Shown here: piece after piece, positions 1-12,539 of the stretch | Layout of the letters: each line of letters opens with the position of its first letter | How positions within the stretch are numbered: position 1 is the stretch's first letter | Assembly: GCA_951406725.2 (NCBI GenBank) | Contig: OX597822.1 | Coordinates: 22,754,001 to 22,818,000, forward strand | Reading direction: 5' to 3' | Source: Octopus vulgaris | Taxonomy: Eukaryota | Length of the DNA stretch: 64,000 nucleotides | Made by a program: the position numbers and the translations under genes | Notes under the pieces: model-generated | Told to the model about the DNA's origin: nothing | Database searches by the model: none | Seen by the model: only the letters and a program-made list of their open reading frames with translations

Positions 1-69
1 AACCAAAAGTATAAGCAAATGCATAGAATAAAACACAAAAGAACAAAAAAGTGGACTAAGGCATTCCAA

Positions 70-292
70 CCATGGCAGAAACGTTAGTGCGCAGGGCAAA
101 ATGCTTAGCGGTATTTCGTCTGTCATTACATTCTGAGTTCGAATTCCGCCGAGGTTGACTTTGTCTTTCATCCTTTCGGGGTCGATAAATAAAGTACCAG
201 TTTCGCACTGGGGTCGATGTAATCGACTTAATCCCCTTGTCTGTCCTTGTTTGTCCCCTCTATGTTTAGCCCCTTGTGGGTAGTAAAGAAAT
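70..292 (+). mobile_element. tRNA-derived SINE (representative copy of the GGCAGAAACGTTAGC family)
   Basis: Box A/B-like TGGCAGAA and GAGTTCGAATTCC, central TTTCATCCTTTCGGGGTCGATAAA, tail GTAAAGAAATA; many similar copies across the window. Confidence 0.8.
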
Positions 293-611
293 ATATCCTA
301 TCTTTTATCTCAGGAGATGTGTATATAAGACTACATTTTCAAATGCTTCTTTTAGCATAGCAAAATGTGATTTGAAGGTGACTTGGCTGCTATTTCTAGA
401 CATTGACACATAATGACTCTCATGTAAATAAAGATGTCTGGAAAGTTTGATAGCAACATGGCAAAATAAACCATAAGAAGTCAAAACATGATGATAACTA
501 ATAGTAACTGCCATTTACTAATATGTTATGTCTAATCTACCTTAGCTTGTCTCTTCTACAGATACTGGTTACTGAGATCTTAATTATAGCTGAGAGTGAT
601 TGGAATTCCTG

Positions 612-619
612 CACACACA

Positions 620-678
<59 letters not shown>

Positions 679-745
679 CACAACACACACACAACACATA
701 CACACACAACACACACACAACACATACACACACAACACACACACA
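612..745. repeat. (CA)n microsatellite, imperfect; many other (TA)n, (TG)n, (CT)n, (ATT)n and (CAT)n tracts in the window
   Basis: Seen directly. Confidence 0.95.
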
Positions 746-1386
746 GACCATCTCCTCATTGAGCTTTCTATAGATGTAGCATTTATTTTGTCTTGAAATA
801 AATGCTACATTTGACTGTGTGATTAGATTGGTGGTGATAGCAATATTTCAATTAAATTGCTTGAAGATTCATGTTCAGTTCTTCGTAATTTATCCATAGC
901 AGCAATTTTATTATTATCATCATTCCAGTGAAGTGGACTTTGCCTTTCAAGGTCAATGAATTTAATACCAGTGAAACACTGGGGGGGGGGGGGGTCAATG
1001 TAATTGCTTAATCATCATCTTTCATCTACTTTTTATCTTTTGCATGACAATTCACATTCCTTAAAACTACCAAACTATCATTTCTATATAAGCCTGAGTT
1101 GTAGGTGGAAGTGCACTTCTTGAAAATGAGATCAGACCTGAGCCCTATCATAATTCCCCATGGAAACATCAAAGAGCAACTCTCTTTCCTTTTTTGATTC
1201 TGTAGAAGTAATCATGATATAAAACTCCTCAGCTTTCATGACTATCCTAATAACTGTTCTCTAATCACAGTGAACTGTCTCCCAAAGTCTATGGTTTGCA
1301 GGAGGAGAGATCCCAGAATTAAAGGTTAGAAATCCACAATATCAAACTGAGTGCTCTGTGCTTAATACTACAGAATTAATTGTTAG

Positions 1387-1607
1387 TCCTTTCGTTACTG
1401 TATTTATTTTGAGATGCTCTGTGTTTCTTTCAATTACTTTAAATATAACAAAGAATTTAGTAAAATAACTTAGTTACCATTCAGCTAGTGTTAGGAACAT
1501 AAATTGTGACTAAGGTTTAGTGGAAGATTTTAATTCAAAACTTATGAAAACAAGACATTTGTACTAAAGAGCCAGAGCCGGTTTTAGCCGGATTGGTAAC
1601 GAAAGGG
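1387..1607. mobile_element. piggyBac-type MITE (CCCTTTCGTTAC TIR family)
   Basis: Short TIRs, TTAA at the right flank; reverse-complement copy of 20200-20420. Confidence 0.7.
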
Positions 1608-2303
1608 TTAAAGGCAGTGCTATAATACCATTAGACTAATCTAATAGTCCTATCACCTGAATTAATGGTATCAATAGTGCATTCAAGTACTATGTCTCTC
1701 TAGATTCTAAAGGGACTGATCAGCCTACATATATGATTAGAAAGGAAATCAGATTTGTAGAATTATATGTCTAAAACCCATATTAAATAGTCCTGAGCCA
1801 GATTTTTTGTTTGTTTGTTTGTTTTTTGTACTACACAGTAGATTAAACATAAATAGATTCAACATACATATATGTAAGTCATATATCACCATTATCACCA
1901 TCATCATCATTAATCTTTAAGCAAACACCAATTGGGCTGTTCTACAGGATCTCATAAGCCTGAGGATTGGCACATGCTCCAATGTCTGCTTTAGCATGGT
2001 TTCTATGGCTGAACACTCTTTCTAAATGCCAGCAAGAGTGTAGTGGTTGCTACTTTTGTGGCACCAACACTAGTGAAGTCCCTGTGACTCCACAACAATA
2101 ACAAGAAAGAGTAAAGAAACCACTTAAATGAGTGGTAGTAGAGAGGGAGGCCTGCAAATAACTGTCGTTAAGTTCACTTCACAGCCACATTGTTTCGGGT
2201 TCAGTCCCACTGCACAGTATCCTGGGTAAGTGTCTTCTACAATGACCTCAGGTCAACCAAAGCCTTGTGAGTGAATTTGGTAGACGTAAACTGAAACTAG
2301 CCA

Positions 2304-2340
<37 letters not shown>

Positions 2341-3417
2341 ACGTACATGTGTGTGTATGTGTGTGTGCCTGTGGATTTGTTTACAACTCTCACTAGCTCT
2401 AATTCTGTTCTCTTACAACATCGTTCTATCTCTCTCTGTAATTCCTACTAAACAATGTAGAGAACACAAACACAAACTTTACTTCGCATGCTTTACGATT
2501 TTTATCATAACCTGCCCATCGAGGCAAGGTATTGTAATGTAATGGTAAATATATATTTCCTTAAAACTTCGTGCATTGTTCATCTTTCACATCCTACAAC
2601 TTGCTGTTATAACAAATTTTAATCGTTATATATATATGGCGAAGTTTCGCATGTCGTAGCACAGATTTCCGTCGATTTCCGTAAAAAACTTTTATTTTTT
2701 TACATAAGTAATGAGAGCGAAAGAGACTAAGAGGAAGCGATTTTACGACGAGAAGGTTTCACTTTGAAGTCGGAGGAATGCTGCTATCCTTTCTACTATA
2801 GGTACAAAGCCTGAAATTTTGGGAGAGGGAGCTCGTCGATTGCATCGATTCCAGTGCTCAACTGGTATTTATTTTATCGATCTCGATGGGATGAAAGGCG
2901 AAGTCGACATCGACGAAAATAATAATGATAATTCATCTCGTTAATATGAGGACCAACTTTTTAAAATAGCTATAAAATTTATTTATCGAAGAAATTATTT
3001 ATACAGGAAGATAGATATAAAAAAAAATACATATATAAAGCAAATAATTCTTCATAATACATTTCAGTATTTGAAGCGAGTTCTGAGAGGAATATGATAA
3101 TGTTCCATTTGAGTGATCTTATTGAAGAGCAGTCGGAAGCGATTTATTCCAGCCATAACAACGTTAAGAAAGAAATAAGAATATTTACAATATATTTCAT
3201 TTAATTGGATTTTCTTCGTAGAGGTGACAGGGAAAATGTCAACTATTTCTAAGTTACTTGCAAGATGTTTTATACAGAGGTCATGTAAAAAGAAAAAGAA
3301 AACGTGGGTTTTGATAATCATATTGTAGTAATAGTTTGTTTTTTAGGGTTTTTTTAGAGGTAATAGATAAGGGTAACTAGAATGGTGAAGAAGAAATGGA
3401 AGTGTCAAAATTCTTAC

Positions 3418-3600
3418 CTGTTTATCGTTGGATGAATGTTATTCCGTTGAGATCATTAATAAGACGAAGAAAACAAGTTGTGTGATAACGGAAGAGTAAA
3501 GGGAGCTAACTCTAAACTAACTCTAAATTACATGACAATATCAGTGAGTGGCGGTGGCGGTGGTGGGAATGGTGAAAAAAGAAGATCTACGTTCAAGTTG
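3418..3600 (-). other. Possible non-coding first exon of a divergent minus-strand gene
   Basis: Consensus donor CAG|GTAAGA on the minus strand (plus 3412-3420) in non-repetitive sequence, next to a relatively CpG-rich stretch (about 2480-3130). No coding homology recognised. Confidence 0.3.
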
Positions 3601-3687
3601 GTTACAGAGACCTCAAGAGACAAATTAGAAGTTCAAGTTGGTGCTATGACTAGGGTGCCATATTTTTGGTTTTTGCACAAATTATTT

Positions 3688-4109
3688 GGATCTTTTCGGT
3701 TTGAACGGCAGTTTTTAACATAATTTCTAGGTGACTAAAAAATTTTAAACTTCGTATAACTGGTAGAATGTGTTTATTAAACATCTTTTTCTCTTGGCTT
3801 TATTGAGAAAATTCTATAGTTTGTAAGATATTTGTTGTTTTTTCTTCAATTTCTGCAATTTCAACCAATCACTGACGTCTATTGAGGTAAAAAAAAACAT
3901 TCTGTGCTGTATGAATATGTCCCTCGTTTAAGAAACAGATTGGGTTTATTTACATTTGTAAAGAAAAAAAAGATACCCTTCCCCCACCCCTAACCCTAAC
4001 CTTAACTAACCATAACTAACCCTAACCCTAAAACAGATTGAAATGCAATATGGGTGACAATTTTATATGACACCGCTAGAAAAAACTGCCGTTCAAACCG
4101 AAAAGATCC
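3688..4109. mobile_element. MITE with 29-bp perfect TIRs and 8-bp TSD
   Basis: TIR GGATCTTTTCGGTTTGAACGGCAGTTTTT at 3688-3716 and its reverse complement at 4081-4109; TSD AATTATTT at 3680-3687 and 4110-4117. Confidence 0.9.
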
Positions 4110-4269
4110 AATTATTTTTCTAGAGAATGTCTATAAAATCATAAGAAAGTTAGAAGTTTGTTCTAAAAGTAATTTGATTATAAGATGATTGTGTGATGTT
4201 AAGATGACAGTAATATAGGTGTTTGCTATTAAGTACATTTAAAAGTATTTTGATACTGTTTACAGATTT

Positions 4270-4750
4270 AAATGCTTTGGGGATTACAGAGACAATATTT
4301 TCCTTAGGATATCAGCAGTTCCCCTGAGCACTATTTTTTTAATTTCCTGGTATCTGGGATAGATAGCAATGAGCCTCTTTCGCTATTGTTACTAGGGCAT
4401 CTATGACAACAAGTATTAGTCTTGAGGTTCCACATTTTGCCAATTTCTATTTCAAGATCTTTATACTCGCTCAGTTTTTGGTAGGTCTTGACAGGCACAT
4501 TTATGTTACTTGGGACAGTCATATTGATGAGGAAGCATGATTTTTTGTCTGAAATCCTTCACTATAATGTGCGGTCTATTTGCATCTATCTTTCTGTCAG
4601 TTTGAACAGTAAAGTTCCAAAGGAGTGAGATATGAACATTTTCAAGCACTGGAAGTGTTTTGTGTTCCCACCAGTTTTTATCATGGGGCAGGTTGAGGTC
4701 TTTGCGAATTACCCAGTGAATATACTATACTATCATGCTTGTTGAGATGC
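4270..4750 (-). mobile_element. R4/Dong-like non-LTR retrotransposon 3' fragment (restriction-like endonuclease)
   Basis: Minus-strand translation HD...YIHWVIRK...WWEH...LLWNFTVQTDRKIDANRPHIIVKD...KLSEYKDLEIEIGKMW. Confidence 0.75.
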
Positions 4751-4789
4751 TTATTATTATTATTTGATGCAAACTCACAGCTTATTTTG

Positions 4790-5045
4790 CTGGGTATGAT
4801 GGAAAGTGTCAGTTGTCCACAGCCAGCAGACTAAGGTGGCACATGCTTCAAGAACCCTGCAAAGATGTCTTGTAGTTCCAAGCAATGTGGATTTTTATAG
4901 GTGTTCTACCTTTACATTTGTACCAATCTTTTTGAGCCACAATGGTAGTTGGGTGCTGATACTTCCAAGTGTGCCAGTCACTATTGGTACCAATCTATTC
5001 TCCTCATTGACCACAACCTTTGTATTTCCCACTTCAAATCGTCAT
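4790..5045 (-). mobile_element. Second R4/Dong-like C-terminal fragment
   Basis: Minus-strand ...PIVTGTLGSISTQLPLWLKKIG...KSTLLGTTRHLCRVL, flanked by (TAA)n-type tracts. Confidence 0.6.
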
Positions 5046-5087
5046 AGTTGTTCAATCATCATCATATTATTATTATTATTGTTATTA

Positions 5088-5304
5088 AGTCGGCAAGCTG
5101 ACAGAATCATTAGCTCACCGAGCAAAATGCTTAGCAGTATTTCGTCTGTCTTTACATTCTGAGTTCAAATTCCACCATGGTCAACTTTGCCTTTCATCTT
5201 TTTGGGCTCGATAAATTAAGTACAAGTTGTGTACTTAAGTTGATCTAATCGACTGCAGCACCCACCACCCACAAACTTCAGGCCTTGTGCCTACAGTAGA
5301 AAAG

Positions 5305-5346
<42 letters not shown>

Positions 5347-6090
5347 TTTTTTTTTTTTTTTTTTTTTTTATTAAAGGCAGCAAGCTAGCAGGATTGTTAG
5401 CACACTGGGCAAAATGCTTAGTGATATTTTTGTCTGTCGTTATGTTCTGAGTTCAAATTCTGCCGCAGTCAACTTTGCATTTCGTCCTTTCTGGGTCAAT
5501 TAAATAAGTACCAGTTACACACTGGGGTTGATGTACTCAACTTAATCCCTCTCCCCAGATTTGAGGCCTTGTGCTTCCAGTAGAAAGGATTATTATTATT
5601 ATTATTATATTATTATTATTATTATTATTATTATGAAGACACTGAGCTGACAGAATCGTTAGCATACTATACAAGATGCTTAGCAGCATTTCATCCATCT
5701 TTACATTCTGATTTCAAATTCCACTGAGGTTGACTTCACCTTTTATTCTTTATTCTAGCTTCTTTCTCCAAAATTTCAGGCCTTGTGCTTATAGTAGAAA
5801 GACTTCTTGTTATTGTTAAGGCAGTGAGTTGCTAGAATCATTATCATGCCAAACAAAAAATGCTTTATGAAAATTTCTTCCAGCTTTATGTCCGAAATTC
5901 AAATGCCACTGAAAGTTTGCCTTTCATCTATTGAGGTCGATAAAATAAGTGTCAGTTGAGCATTAGGCTCACTGTAATAACTAGGCCCCCTCCTCATAAA
6001 ATTTCTGGCTTTGTGTCTCTCATAGAAAAAAAATATTACTATCATTAGTAGGTGAACTGGCAGAATCATTGATGCATCAGACAAAATGCT
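5088..6090 (+). repeat. Tandem cluster of SINE copies separated by (ATT)n; similar cluster at about 32070-32785
   Basis: Four to five head-to-tail copies, each ending GTAGAAA(A/G)GA followed by (TTA)n-type tails. Confidence 0.8.
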
Positions 6091-8119
6091 TATCAGAGTG
6101 GGGAAATGTTAACCCACAGGTGAAGGTTATCAATGTTAACAAACCTGAGACAACTAGTTATATATGAACATCATGTCATATTGAGAATGCTGTCTAGAGA
6201 TCTTGTATGTAAAAATCTTTACCACACTGGATACATATATTCTGCAGCTGAATAGCAGAGAGTCAAAACTGTTATTTCAAGTTTCGGAGAATTTGAGGGC
6301 TATTAATTTTTGTAGAATAATAGTCTGTGTGCTCACTTTGGCCCTTGGATTATTTAAGAGTTTCCTGAATGATACCTCAATAAAAATATGGTTAAGTATT
6401 TCTTTTCATCAGATTAATGCATAGAATAAATGAACATCTTTAATTATTGGTTCAAAATTTTAGCATAGGGCTAGCAATTTCAGGGTTGGGTAAGACAATT
6501 ACATCTACCCTAGTACATGAATGATGCTTATTTTATTGATCCTGAATGGATAAAAGGCACAATCAGCCTCAATAGAATTTGAACTCAGAACATAGAGATG
6601 GACGAAATGCCGCTAAACATTTTGCCTGATATGCTAATAATTCTGTCAACTCACTGCCTTAATATCTTTGCTTATTACATACAATCTAAGGTGGCAAACT
6701 GGCAGAATTGTTAACACTTTCATTACATGCTTAGTGGCATTTTGTTCAGCTCTTTACATTCTGAGTTCAAATTCTGCCAACGTCAACTTAGCCTTTCATC
6801 CTATACAGAGTCAATAAGATAAGTACCTTTTGAACACTGGGCTCAATGCAATCAACTATCATTGCTCCTTAAGACTGTTGGCCTTGTGCAAAATTTGAAA
6901 TCATTTATTACATACAGTTCATTATACGTTTCATATTTCTTCTAAATTTATATAGACATCAATATGTTTGAGGGACATACAATCTACTTAACAGTCTGCA
7001 CTGATTTTTAACCTCATGTATCATCTGTTCTTCTTACATATCCTTATCAATACAGTCTGTTTTCTTATCTACACCAGCCAGATCAAAGTTCTTAGAGAAC
7101 TTGGTATGATCTCTTTATTAACCTTAAAATTAATGATTTTGAAAGGCAGCCTGTTAATATCGATTTCAAATTTTGGCACAGGGCCAACAATTTCGTAGGA
7201 GTAAGTCAATTACTTTGACCCCAGAGTTTAACTGGCACTTATTTTATCAACCCTGAAATGATGAAAGACAAAGTTAACCTTTTTGGAATTTGAACTCAGA
7301 ATGCAAAGACAGACAAAATACCTATTTCTTTACTACTCACAAGGGGCTAAACACAGAGAGGACAAACAAGGACAGACAAATGAATTAAGTCAATTATATC
7401 GACCCCCAGTGCATAACTGGTACTTAATTTATCGACCCCGAGAGGATGAAAGGCAAAGTCAACCTCGGCGGAATTTGAACTCAGAACATAATGGCAGACA
7501 AAATATGGCTACACATTTCGCCTGGCGTGCTAACGTTTCTGCTAAAAAGCCTATTGAATTAATAATTTGTGAAATATTAGTAATATAATTTAATAATGTC
7601 AATTTTTTCATGATTAGTTTGAATTATAAGTAATTTATTATGTTGTTAAAGAAATAAAAGATGAAGTAAGGAGTGACACAAGTCAATGAACTTGACGTGC
7701 AAAATTAACAACCAAATTTTTCTCAAATGACACACTTTCATTTAAAAAGAAAGAGGAAGAGTATATTGGATAAAATGGGTTGGTCAAGGCTAGAATCTCT
7801 ATGATCATTGATCAGTTCATTCAGTATTTATCTGTAACATATGGATGACATCAAACCAATGCTACTTTGCATAGCTGTGGCATTGTTTACATATATCTGG
7901 AGAACTGACCGAAATCCAGAACAGTTAGAAATTGGTAGAGTCTCCCCAAAATAAGAAAATTGGTTTTAAATTTTGGCACGAGGCCAGCAATTTCGAGGGA
8001 AGAGGGATAGTAGGTTATATCGACCCCAGTATTCAACTGGTACTTATTTTATCAACCCTGAAAGGATGAAAGGCAAACTCAAGCTTGGTGAAATTTGAAC
8101 TCAAAATGTAAAGATGGAT

Positions 8120-8200
8120 GAAAATATTCAGGTGTGCAATGTTGTATCCACTTTTTCACAACCATTTTCATTTCATCAGTGTCATGAAATCTTTGACTGG
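8120..8200 (-). mobile_element. Mariner transposase C-terminal remnant
   Basis: QRFHDTDEMKMVVKKWIQHCTPEYF resembles the mariner C-terminal RF..D.EVK..V..W....EF motif. Confidence 0.45.
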
Positions 8201-8769
8201 TGGGAAATATCAGTTTGGGCAGTGGGTAGGAAAACAGAAATAGGATTGGATCAGGGATGATCGTACAGACTAGGAGATGATGATCAAGGCATAGCAACAG
8301 TGGGGAAGGAGATGTGGAGATACATAAGGGCATAGTGGCAGACAAGAGGGGGCATAGGGAAAGATAGCAGATATGCAAGGTGTTAAGATGAAGCAGGAGG
8401 AGGAGGATGAAAAGGAATGAAAGGAGGAACTTGTAGCACAAGAAATTAGGAAATGTATTATGTATCAAGGAAGGAACGGTTGAGAAGTGGGGAATGCTTG
8501 ATGGGATAGTATGGGTGTGGGAACAGCACCCAGCATGTAAGGGAAGGAGTGGGGAGGGAGATGAGATGTAGAGAATGCTTGACAGATTAGATTGGTTGTA
8601 GGGACAGCACCTAGCATGTACAAAAGTTAATATAAAATTTGATGGAAGTTTTTAATTTTGATCACCTTATGTTTTGTTACCATATCTGTTTTAAAAAAAC
8701 AAAAATTTCAAAAATAAGGATGAATTTAGCGAAATGACTAATTCATTATAAAACTGGTATTTAAAGCAT

Positions 8770-9560
8770 AGAGGGTGGTATAAAAAATGTTCTTGGACTA
8801 GTTCTGTAGCACACCAACAGATGGCAGCACATGGTTGCATGCACAGTGAAAGCCAGCAGCGACCTTCATGAGGTAGTGTGTTGAGTGACATCACAGTGTT
8901 TACTTCGCAAGTTGCGAAATTTGTGTTTTTGTAATCACATCTAAGCTGTTGTCTGGACAGGAACAAAGAGCTAACATAAAATTTGGTGTTAAACTTGGGA
9001 AGTCTGCTACAGAGACATTGAGCAAGCTTTGGTAAGCTTATGACAAGGCAAAGGGTTGTGTGCAACGTTTCAAGTGGCTTGGGTGCTTCAAAACCAGAAG
9101 AACATCCCTGAAAGACCTGCCAAAAGCATCACCCCCAGAAATAAGGTATTATATATTAAGAATTCTTCCTCCAAGAGCCAGACCATCAATCAAAAGTTCT
9201 ACTGTGATGTTTTGAAACATTTGAGAACATTCAGCAAAAACAACTGGATTTGTGGAGTGCAAAGAATTGGATTCTGTATGACAACAATGCACTCTGTCAC
9301 CGAGTTCTCCTCACTCGTGAATTTCTCACCAAAATCAACATGGTATTGCTTCCATACCCACCCTATTCGCCAGATTTAGCACCTGCAGATTTCCATCACT
9401 TCCCCAAAATGAAAATGCAGCTCAAGATCCAGAGTGAATCACAGAAGATCCTCAACTCACTTACAGAAAATGACTTCCAGGCTAGATTCCAAAAGTGGCA
9501 GGAATGTCAGAACCACTATATTGCTGTGCAAGGTGACTTTTTTGAAAAAGATGATGTTAA
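8770..9560 (+). mobile_element. Degenerate, internally deleted mariner DNA transposon
   Basis: EQRANIKFGVKLGKSATETLS at 8961; WILYDNNA...HR; PYPPYSPDLAPADF..FPKMKMQLK; FQKWQE; TIR-like start near 8770; frameshifted. Confidence 0.88.
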
Positions 9561-9709
9561 AACATCGATTGACAATGAGTTTCTAAACTTGTTAAGTGAT
9601 TAATATTTCTTGCCAACACCAGTCTCACAAGTATCTCCACCACTTGTCAGCCTTACTGTGTTTCTCTCTCTCTCTCTCTCCTAGAGATGCACTGAACCAT
9701 TCTCTAGAT

Positions 9710-11750
9710 CAGAAGTTCTTAACCTTTTTACTACCCCACCTCCCCTAGGAATTTGTCCTTCTCTCCACGTCCCCCTTGCATCTATAAAATTCTCTCCCAG
9801 ATTTTAAATAAAATCTAAAATGTGCTTTTTACCTTTTTCTTGAATATGAATTAGTCACATTATACAAAATATGTATAATTTAATATATAATCACATTATA
9901 CAAAAAGTGAGATACTTGACACTGATTCTTAGCAAAAAAAAAGTTTGTTTTTTTTTTTTTAATATGAATTAGTCACATTATTAGTGAGATTCTTGACACT
10001 GCTTCTTAGCTACAAGATCTTGAATGCATAGTTGAATGCCAGAGAGTGCACAACCTAAGTCCCTTTCAACATTCAGCCTGTTTCTGTACTTGGTCTTGAC
10101 AGCAACAAGCATGGAAAATGCAGCTTCACAAAGATACGTGGATCCAAACATAGCTAAAATCCAAAAAGCCTGATGTGAGATCAGAGGATAAACAGGAAGG
10201 CACTCGATCCGGAACGTTCTTTAAAGTCTTCCTTGGCTGGAGAGTTGAACTTCAGCTCAAGAAATTCCTCTTGTACTTCATCCAAAACATCAGTCACTTC
10301 ACACTGAAATGGGTCCCTGATGACATTCCAAGCTTCAAACTTTCCATCTACATCTGGGAATTATCTGATGAATTCTATTTTCAAGTCAGTTAGACGAGTG
10401 ATTATTTGTTTCTTTAACTCAGAATCAAGGTTACCGTGAATGAGAGCAGAATCCAAGTAACTAAAAATGGCTGTATTTCCCTACTGAATTCAACATTTCC
10501 AGAGGTCGAGTTTGACCATAAAGGTTCAAATGGTGTCATGGTGCATGAGAATGTTGATGTTTTTCCATTATAGTTTAAAGCCGAAAGCATTCAACGCTTC
10601 AAAGATGTCCACCAGGTAAGCTAGAGATAGCTGAAAGCCTTCAGGCTGGAACTTGTCATGGAGATCTGCCTTCTGTTGTAAATCTAGAAATGCTGCTACT
10701 TCTAGTAGTTCATAAAGCCATCCAAGTATGTTCCCCTTTGATAGCCATCATACATTCATGTGAAAAAGCAATGCTTCTTGTTCAGATTCCGTATCTTTAC
10801 ACAACAGTTTGAAAAGATGACTGTTTAAGGTTCCAACTCTAACAAAGTTGACAACTTTGATAGCCATGTTCAGGACATTTCTCATTTCAGTAGGTAAGGT
10901 TCTGGATGCTAAGACTTCACGATGAAGTATGCAGTGTGTACCTACAGCAGATGGATTTTTTCCTCTCACCCTAATAATGAAACCAGACTGCAGACCAAGC
11001 ATGGCTGGAGCTCCATCAGTGCATACCTCTACTAGTGAATCCCACGAAAGTTGGTTTTCCTGAAAGAAGTTTGATACATCATGAAAAATAGCTGCTGCTG
11101 TTGTACAACTATCCATAGGGTGACAGAACAACATTTCCTCTTTTACACAGTTGCCTGACACAAAATGAACATATACCAGTACCTGAGAACACTGAGCAAT
11201 GTCAGTCGTTTCATCACACTGGATCGTAAAAACAGGAGAATCTTTTACTTGATCGAGAATTTGATCTTTGATGTCTTGAGACAAGTCATTGATCCTTCTC
11301 TTGACTGTCTCATTTAATAGTGAATCCCAGGAAAGCTTGTTTGCACTATCTTTCCTCAGAGTTCTGCTGCATTGGTCTTATGAGAGACTCTCCAATGTTA
11401 TGGTTCTTCTCACATTTTGCAATCAACATGGCAATCTCATAGGAAGCCTCAACAACCGTTGAAATTCATTACCAAAATGCCCAACTACCATTCAACTTAG
11501 CTTGCTTCAAGGAATGTCTTTGTGTTTCAAATAATGCCTTGGGCTTGTCTGCAAGAGCAGGATGTGTTGTCTTCAAGTAGCATTCCAAGTGGGAGGGTCG
11601 CATTCCATCACTGCTCAAAGTTTTGTAACATATCACACACTGGGGGACTTCTGTATCACCCTTTTGGAGGGACATGAATCTAAATCAAATATATTCGTCA
11701 AGATACTTCCATTTCTTTGCACTCTTTGCAAATTATTTCATGTGCAGTGA
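9710..11750 (-). mobile_element. hAT (Buster/Charlie, ZBED5/8-like) transposon remnant
   Basis: PQCVICYKTLS..MRPS (zinc finger), DETTDIAQ, CTDGAPAMLG, HCILHREVLA, FGSTYLCEAAFS..KTKYRNRL, ending KKQCQESH* at 9981; many stops and frameshifts; hAT-like terminus CAGAAGTTCTTAACC at 9710. Confidence 0.9.
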
Positions 11751-12539
11751 ACAACAAAAATATGTGAAAAAAGAGAAAAGATAAGGCACATGTAAGGTAA
11801 TGTCAAGGCCCAAGTTAGAACACTTGGAGTAAAAAGTTCTGAAAAAAATTAAGAATAAAAGTTAAATTAAAAGAAAAGTTATACAAAAAGTTTGTACAAT
11901 AAAATATTGTGTTCATTTGTGCAAAAATATAAAAAGTCTCTTTAAAAAAGAAAAGATTTTGAATAGCTTTCTGTAATACTTGAATCTGGATTTTAGTTTA
12001 ACATTTAGTTTTATATTATAATTGTTTCTTACGAAAAATTTTACTATATTTTTAACATAAACATTTAATATTAAAAATTTCGTTTTATTGTTAAAGTCTT
12101 TTATTTTTCCAACCTGTATTTTAATTTTTTTGGGACTTTATTAAATTGAGTAATAGTAGAACCTGTTACATACATTGTATCTTTTCCTATTTTTAAACAC
12201 TTTTCATCTTGCTAAAATTTTTAAAATTAAGTTAATATTTCTTAGTATGTTACTATAATGATTTGATAATGTTTCAGCATGTCTCTTGATTTTTAAGAAC
12301 CACATTATTTCATATATATAAAAACTGTGGATCAAACTTGTTTATAATCTATTAACTGAAAAAGATGTTTGTCTTTACACATTAATAATATCTAAGCTTT
12401 ATACCAGTTGTTCTTAACCTGAGTCTTGTTATAACAAAAACAATTCAGAATTAGTGAGGGTTTTGAGGGATGGGGGGGGGGGTCGATAAGTACAGAAAAT
12501 GGTAAGTGGTGCTAAGATTTAGTGTAAAAACTAACACTA

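Noticed and set aside
70-160. tRNA genes suggested by GTTCGAATTCC/GTTCAAATTCC boxes
   Set aside because: These are SINE heads; no cloverleaf, and they continue into SINE body sequence.
523-796. ORFs rich in HT or VC repeats (also 2267-2542, 29185-29558, 36358-36711)
   Set aside because: Translations of (CA)n, (TG)n and (TA)n microsatellites.
3988-4031. Telomere or chromosome-fusion relic
   Set aside because: Short, degenerate and enclosed within a MITE.
5088-6090. CRISPR-like regularly spaced repeats
   Set aside because: Units are 200-300 bp SINE copies in eukaryotic DNA, with no unique spacers or cas genes.
10748-11284. Domesticated ZBED/SCAND3-like gene
   Set aside because: The rest of the transposase frame is broken by many stops and frameshifts; it is a decayed hAT copy.
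12290-12425. Right-hand TIR of the hAT element
   Set aside because: CAGTTGTTCTTAACC near 12405 is in the same orientation as the 9710 end, and I found no matching 8-bp TSD, so the boundary is unresolved.
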